Source: Psammoneis japonica
Taxonomy: Eukaryota
DNA: 64,000 bases
Reading direction: 5' to 3'
NCBI GenBank assembly: GCA_008632985.1
Contig: QPGO01000016.1
Coordinates: 282,840-346,839, forward strand
Numbering within the stretch: position 1 is the first letter of the stretch; each line of letters starts with the position of its first letter. Positions 60,390 to 64,000 of this stretch are shown here, in pieces. A program made the translations under genes and the position numbers. The notes below the pieces were generated by a model. It did not search any database and was not told the DNA's origin. It saw only the letters and a program-made list of their open reading frames with translations.

Positions 60390-62340
60390 GTTGCGCTTTT
60401 GTCGTGTCTGGTGGCGGGTGTCACTTCTCCAGCGGGACCGACGCAAAGAATCCATCCGGAGGATGTTGCCCAGTGTTTTTTTATGGCAAATGATGCTGGC
60501 TTTCCACCAGACTTCTCAAGGACAGTCTTCTTGATGACATCCTCCTGCTCTTCACCCCTGGTGCTGTTTTTCATCTTCCCTTTTCAGAGAGGCCAGTGAC
60601 TCAAACACAAACTGCCAGGCCACGTGGGAGTGCTGCAAAAGGACAAGGCTCTCTTTTCCAGCGAACCGCCGAAGCAAGAGACACTGTCAGATGTTGGCAC
60701 ATGCTGACAGCACCTCATCATGACTGCAGGACCTGCTGCACTCTTCTTTCAGCTGTCTTTTTTTTCTTTTTTGTTGGTTTGGGGACACTTCTCATTGATT
60801 TTCCCAGCGTGTGCACAACATTGTCATTCCTTTGCAATGAGAGCCAATGGCCCCAGCCTGAAGAGGTTTGGGGCTGATCTGCTGCTGAGGGGCTGCTGCC
60901 ATTGCTGAAAGTGTGGCAGCTGTTTTGCCAAGGTGCTGTGGCTGTGTTGTCTTGTTGGGTTCTTGGCACCCAAAGCGCTGGTGTCGGGGTTGTCCAATGT
61001 GCAAACAACCTTCAGCGCAGCAGCAACCCCATTAAAACAAAAAAGAAGTTTGGGCAGTTGGATGAGTGTAAAAAGAAAGTGCAGGAGTTTTGGCCCAAAA
61101 CGACACCCAGAGGGGACATGTTGTGATCTTTGACAAAGTGCTTCTTCTGGCACATCCAAAGATGCACTTTTGCTTGAGCAGCAACTCTGGAAATCTGAAA
61201 AATCTCTGCAGCCATCTGTCCACAGGTGCTTGAGTGGCCCCTTCTCAACTTCATGGCATGTTTTGTCAAAGTGAGCTGTTGTTCCTGCATCTGATGTTTC
61301 TCTTGGTTTTGACCTGGCAGCAGCCCCAGCATTTGCTGGCAGATGAGGTGCTGCGTTGCACAAAAACAAGACAATGGGAAAAAAGAAAAAATCAATGAAA
61401 AGCTCCTGAGACTTGGTTGGGAGGAGGGTGGCACCTCTTGAGTTTGAGCTTTGGGCACATCAAGTGGCAAGCAACTCTCTGTGACCCAAGGCAACTGCTC
61501 TCTTCTGAGTGTTTCAGCTGGTCATTCCATCCTTTTTGTGGAGCAAGCCCCACATTTTTAATTTGAAAGGTGTGCTGATCTGTGCAATGAGGAGCTTTGT
61601 TTCAATTTTCAATGCCATCAGCCAGTGCATGGAACCTGCTCCCAGCCAGTCCCTGCCCAGCTCTCCTCATGCTTTGCCTCCTCCTGGGAGCTCTGAGCAC
61701 CAAGCACAGCAAAAAAACTGGGCTGAAGGATAAACTGCATTTGTGACAATCTTCAATCCAGCTTCATGCTTGCCATGTTTGCAAGTTCAGCAAGCAGAAG
61801 CTGCTCTGGTTTCTGCAAACTCACAACATTTCTGCTGGGGAACCGTTTGGCTCAACAATTAACTTCGCATCTGCCTTTTGCCAGGAGCCCCGCTGAAGGC
61901 ATTGAAATCTGTTTGACCTTGTCCAAACATCCTGCTCTGCACACTGCATGCATTGACTTGCTCTTTTGCCAGTGCTTCCATGTGCAAAACCCAACAACTG
62001 CCACCTGCAACAACAATGCTCCAGTTCTTCATGACTGCCCACACCGTGAGGGTTGAGACACCATCAGGGTCCCAACAGGTGTGGCTGGCAATTATGATTC
62101 TTGGTGTCCCCTCATGAAGGGATTTGAGGAACTCACACTTGAGTGGCACATCCCTCCTCTCGCTGTCTCCTGTGGGTCATTTTACTTGGGCACATGCACA
62201 ATCCTAGTTGGATCTGGTGTGGGTTTGATTTCTTTCTCCAATGCGTTGAACGATTTCGCCAGAGGTTCTCCCACTAGTTGTTGTTCAAGGCAATGGCGTT
62301 GATGTCATGGATCAAGAGTGCCACATTGCAGCCAATGCCA
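60390..62340. other. TpA/CpG-depleted tract of unknown origin
   Basis: Very few TA or CG; no recognisable domain. Confidence 0.7.
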
Positions 62341-62576
62341 ATCAATAAAAAGGCAGCCAAGCAGACCGCAAAAGGAAGGCGGCCAAGGAAGTTGCGAAAA
62401 AAGAGGCGGGGAATCCGACGGAGGGCAAGTGAAAATGGCTATACTGCATAATCCTCATTGATTGGGATGAATTTTACTTTTCTTTCCGTGTAAATTCCCA
62501 GCAAATTCCGGTCTCTAACACCTAGCTCTACCCTCTACTGAGAAGCTGATCCTTTAGCGCAAATCCAGCTCAATTC

Positions 62577-63572
62577 TCACACCACTCCTGTATTGACAAT
62601 GTTTAGCTTCTGAAGTGGCTTGTTTTCGTTGCAGTACATCGGTCCACCATACCGGCAAGCACGGGTTGGAGCTGCTTTGGTTGTAGGCCCACCCGTCAAG
62701 GCCATGTAATTGACCTTGGCACTCGCCACCACTGGGGCGTCGTTCAGGGCTTGCACAATATCCAAACCTTCCAAGACGCGTCCAACCACAATGTGATCCT
62801 GATTCAAGTAGCCTGCTTCGCTGCCACCCGGGAAAATTGTAAAACCAAAACCACCGTCATTGCCCCGTCGTACAGAAACAACACCCGGTGCGTCATGAGT
62901 CAAGGCGTTTTCTCCCTCCCACGTTGGATACAGTCGCGACACGAATTTGCCCGACACGGATCCTACATCGATACGTTCGTCCTTGACAATCCTCCAAACA
63001 GTCGAAAGATCATAGTTTACACCCTTGTCTTGCGATTCGATACACGAATTGTACACCTTGTTGGCCTCCAATTGCTCTCGTTGTAGCGTTCGAATTTCTT
63101 TTTCTTTGCACGGCGCAGGCAAACCCGATTTGGACACCAATTGCTTCAACATGGCTGTCGGCTGGGGGGCGTCCTTTCCAAACAGGCCAATGACAATGCG
63201 TGACGTTGTTGCTGCAACAGACGGATCTTTTTGTAAACCCTTGATTTCGATGAATATTTTATCCGTCACTTCTGCGTCTGCCGTTGTGCTGGCGGCGACC
63301 GACGATACTGGAAACGCAGTCAAGGTAGTCAATGTGGCAATAGCATTTCCTGATACTTGAAAGAGAGATCTTCTTGACAAATTATCAGCGAAACATTCTC
63401 CTATAGCGTCATTGTCGACTGAAAACAAAGCCCGAGTATCCGCTGAAACAGATTGTCGTGGAGAATGGGACGGCAAATCACGTTGCACCGGTGGAACCCA
63501 ACACGTCCCAGATCCTGCCCAGAAAACCAAGATGCCAAAAGAAAGAAAATACAATGGCAATAGATGTGCCAT
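62577..63572 (-). CDS. Cyclophilin-type PPIase, plastid/lumen type
   Basis: Presequence with SRR motif; VTDKIFIEI, IVIGLFGKDAP, HDAPGVVSV, VVGRVLEGLDIV. Confidence 0.88.
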   Translation of the reverse strand: MAHLLPLYFLSFGILVFWAGSGTCWVPPVQRDLPSHSPRQSVSADTRALFSVDNDAIGECFADNLSRRSLFQVSGNAIATLTTLTAFPVSSVAASTTADAEVTDKIFIEIKGLQKDPSVAATTSRIVIGLFGKDAPQPTAMLKQLVSKSGLPAPCKEKEIRTLQREQLEANKVYNSCIESQDKGVNYDLSTVWRIVKDERIDVGSVSGKFVSRLYPTWEGENALTHDAPGVVSVRRGNDGGFGFTIFPGGSEAGYLNQDHIVVGRVLEGLDIVQALNDAPVVASAKVNYMALTGGPTTKAAPTRACRYGGPMYCNENKPLQKLNIVNTGVV

Positions 63573-64000
63573 TGTGGGACGTGGTTCAGGAAAACCAGAA
63601 CCTACTTCTTTGTGCCGTTTGCAGCGCTGCTTTCTGCTTTTTCTAACGATGAGGATTCATCCGCCCGAGTTGAGATTCGGCTCAGGCGCCTCTTCAACAA
63701 AAAAGATTTCCTGCGTCACATACACGAGTTCTGCTCGCTCGAGCTCCTGACAAACAAAATATCAACGGTCATTGCCAACTCATCAAAAACTGTACACATC
63801 AGTATGACATATGTCATTGTGTTCAGAAACATTTATTGCTTAAATAAATGGTCATCTTTACTTAATAACAAATGTGTCTTCTAAGTGTTAGCAAAGTCGA
63901 GAGCATCACAAGAAGAATTATTGTTTAAAATTCCGGTCATCAATGACTCTTGTCAAAATTGTCCATCAAGGCAACGTTGTACTCGTAGATCTTCGATCAC

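Noticed and set aside
1..64000. tRNA or rRNA genes; a deaminase or mutator gene explaining the signature
   Set aside because: None recognisable by eye in this window.

Overview
Eukaryotic nuclear DNA, most likely from a pennate diatom (inferred from short GT-AG introns, DUF6824, frustulin-type CxGDCD repeats, plastid-type presequences and a CoDi-like Ty1/copia element). About 20 ordinary genes alternate with five sharply bounded tracts (about 6.3-17.2, 23.6-26.85, 29.4-37.1, 48.8-50.1 and 60.4-62.3 kb; roughly 25 kb) in which TpA has almost disappeared, converted to TpG or CpA on both strands. These tracts hold a full-length copia retrotransposon (5-bp TSD, three nested TIR elements), other TE relics and duplicated gene copies. 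Internal controls (LTR vs LTR, TIR vs TIR, tandem duplicate vs intact gene, Tyr->Cys/His in conserved RT motifs) point to a post-insertion, repeat-associated A:T->G:C hypermutation at TpA, opposite in direction to fungal RIP. This is the main candidate for an undescribed system; the responsible enzyme is not identifiable here. Several otherwise intact genes carry 1-nt frameshifts that look like assembly errors. All counts were made by eye.
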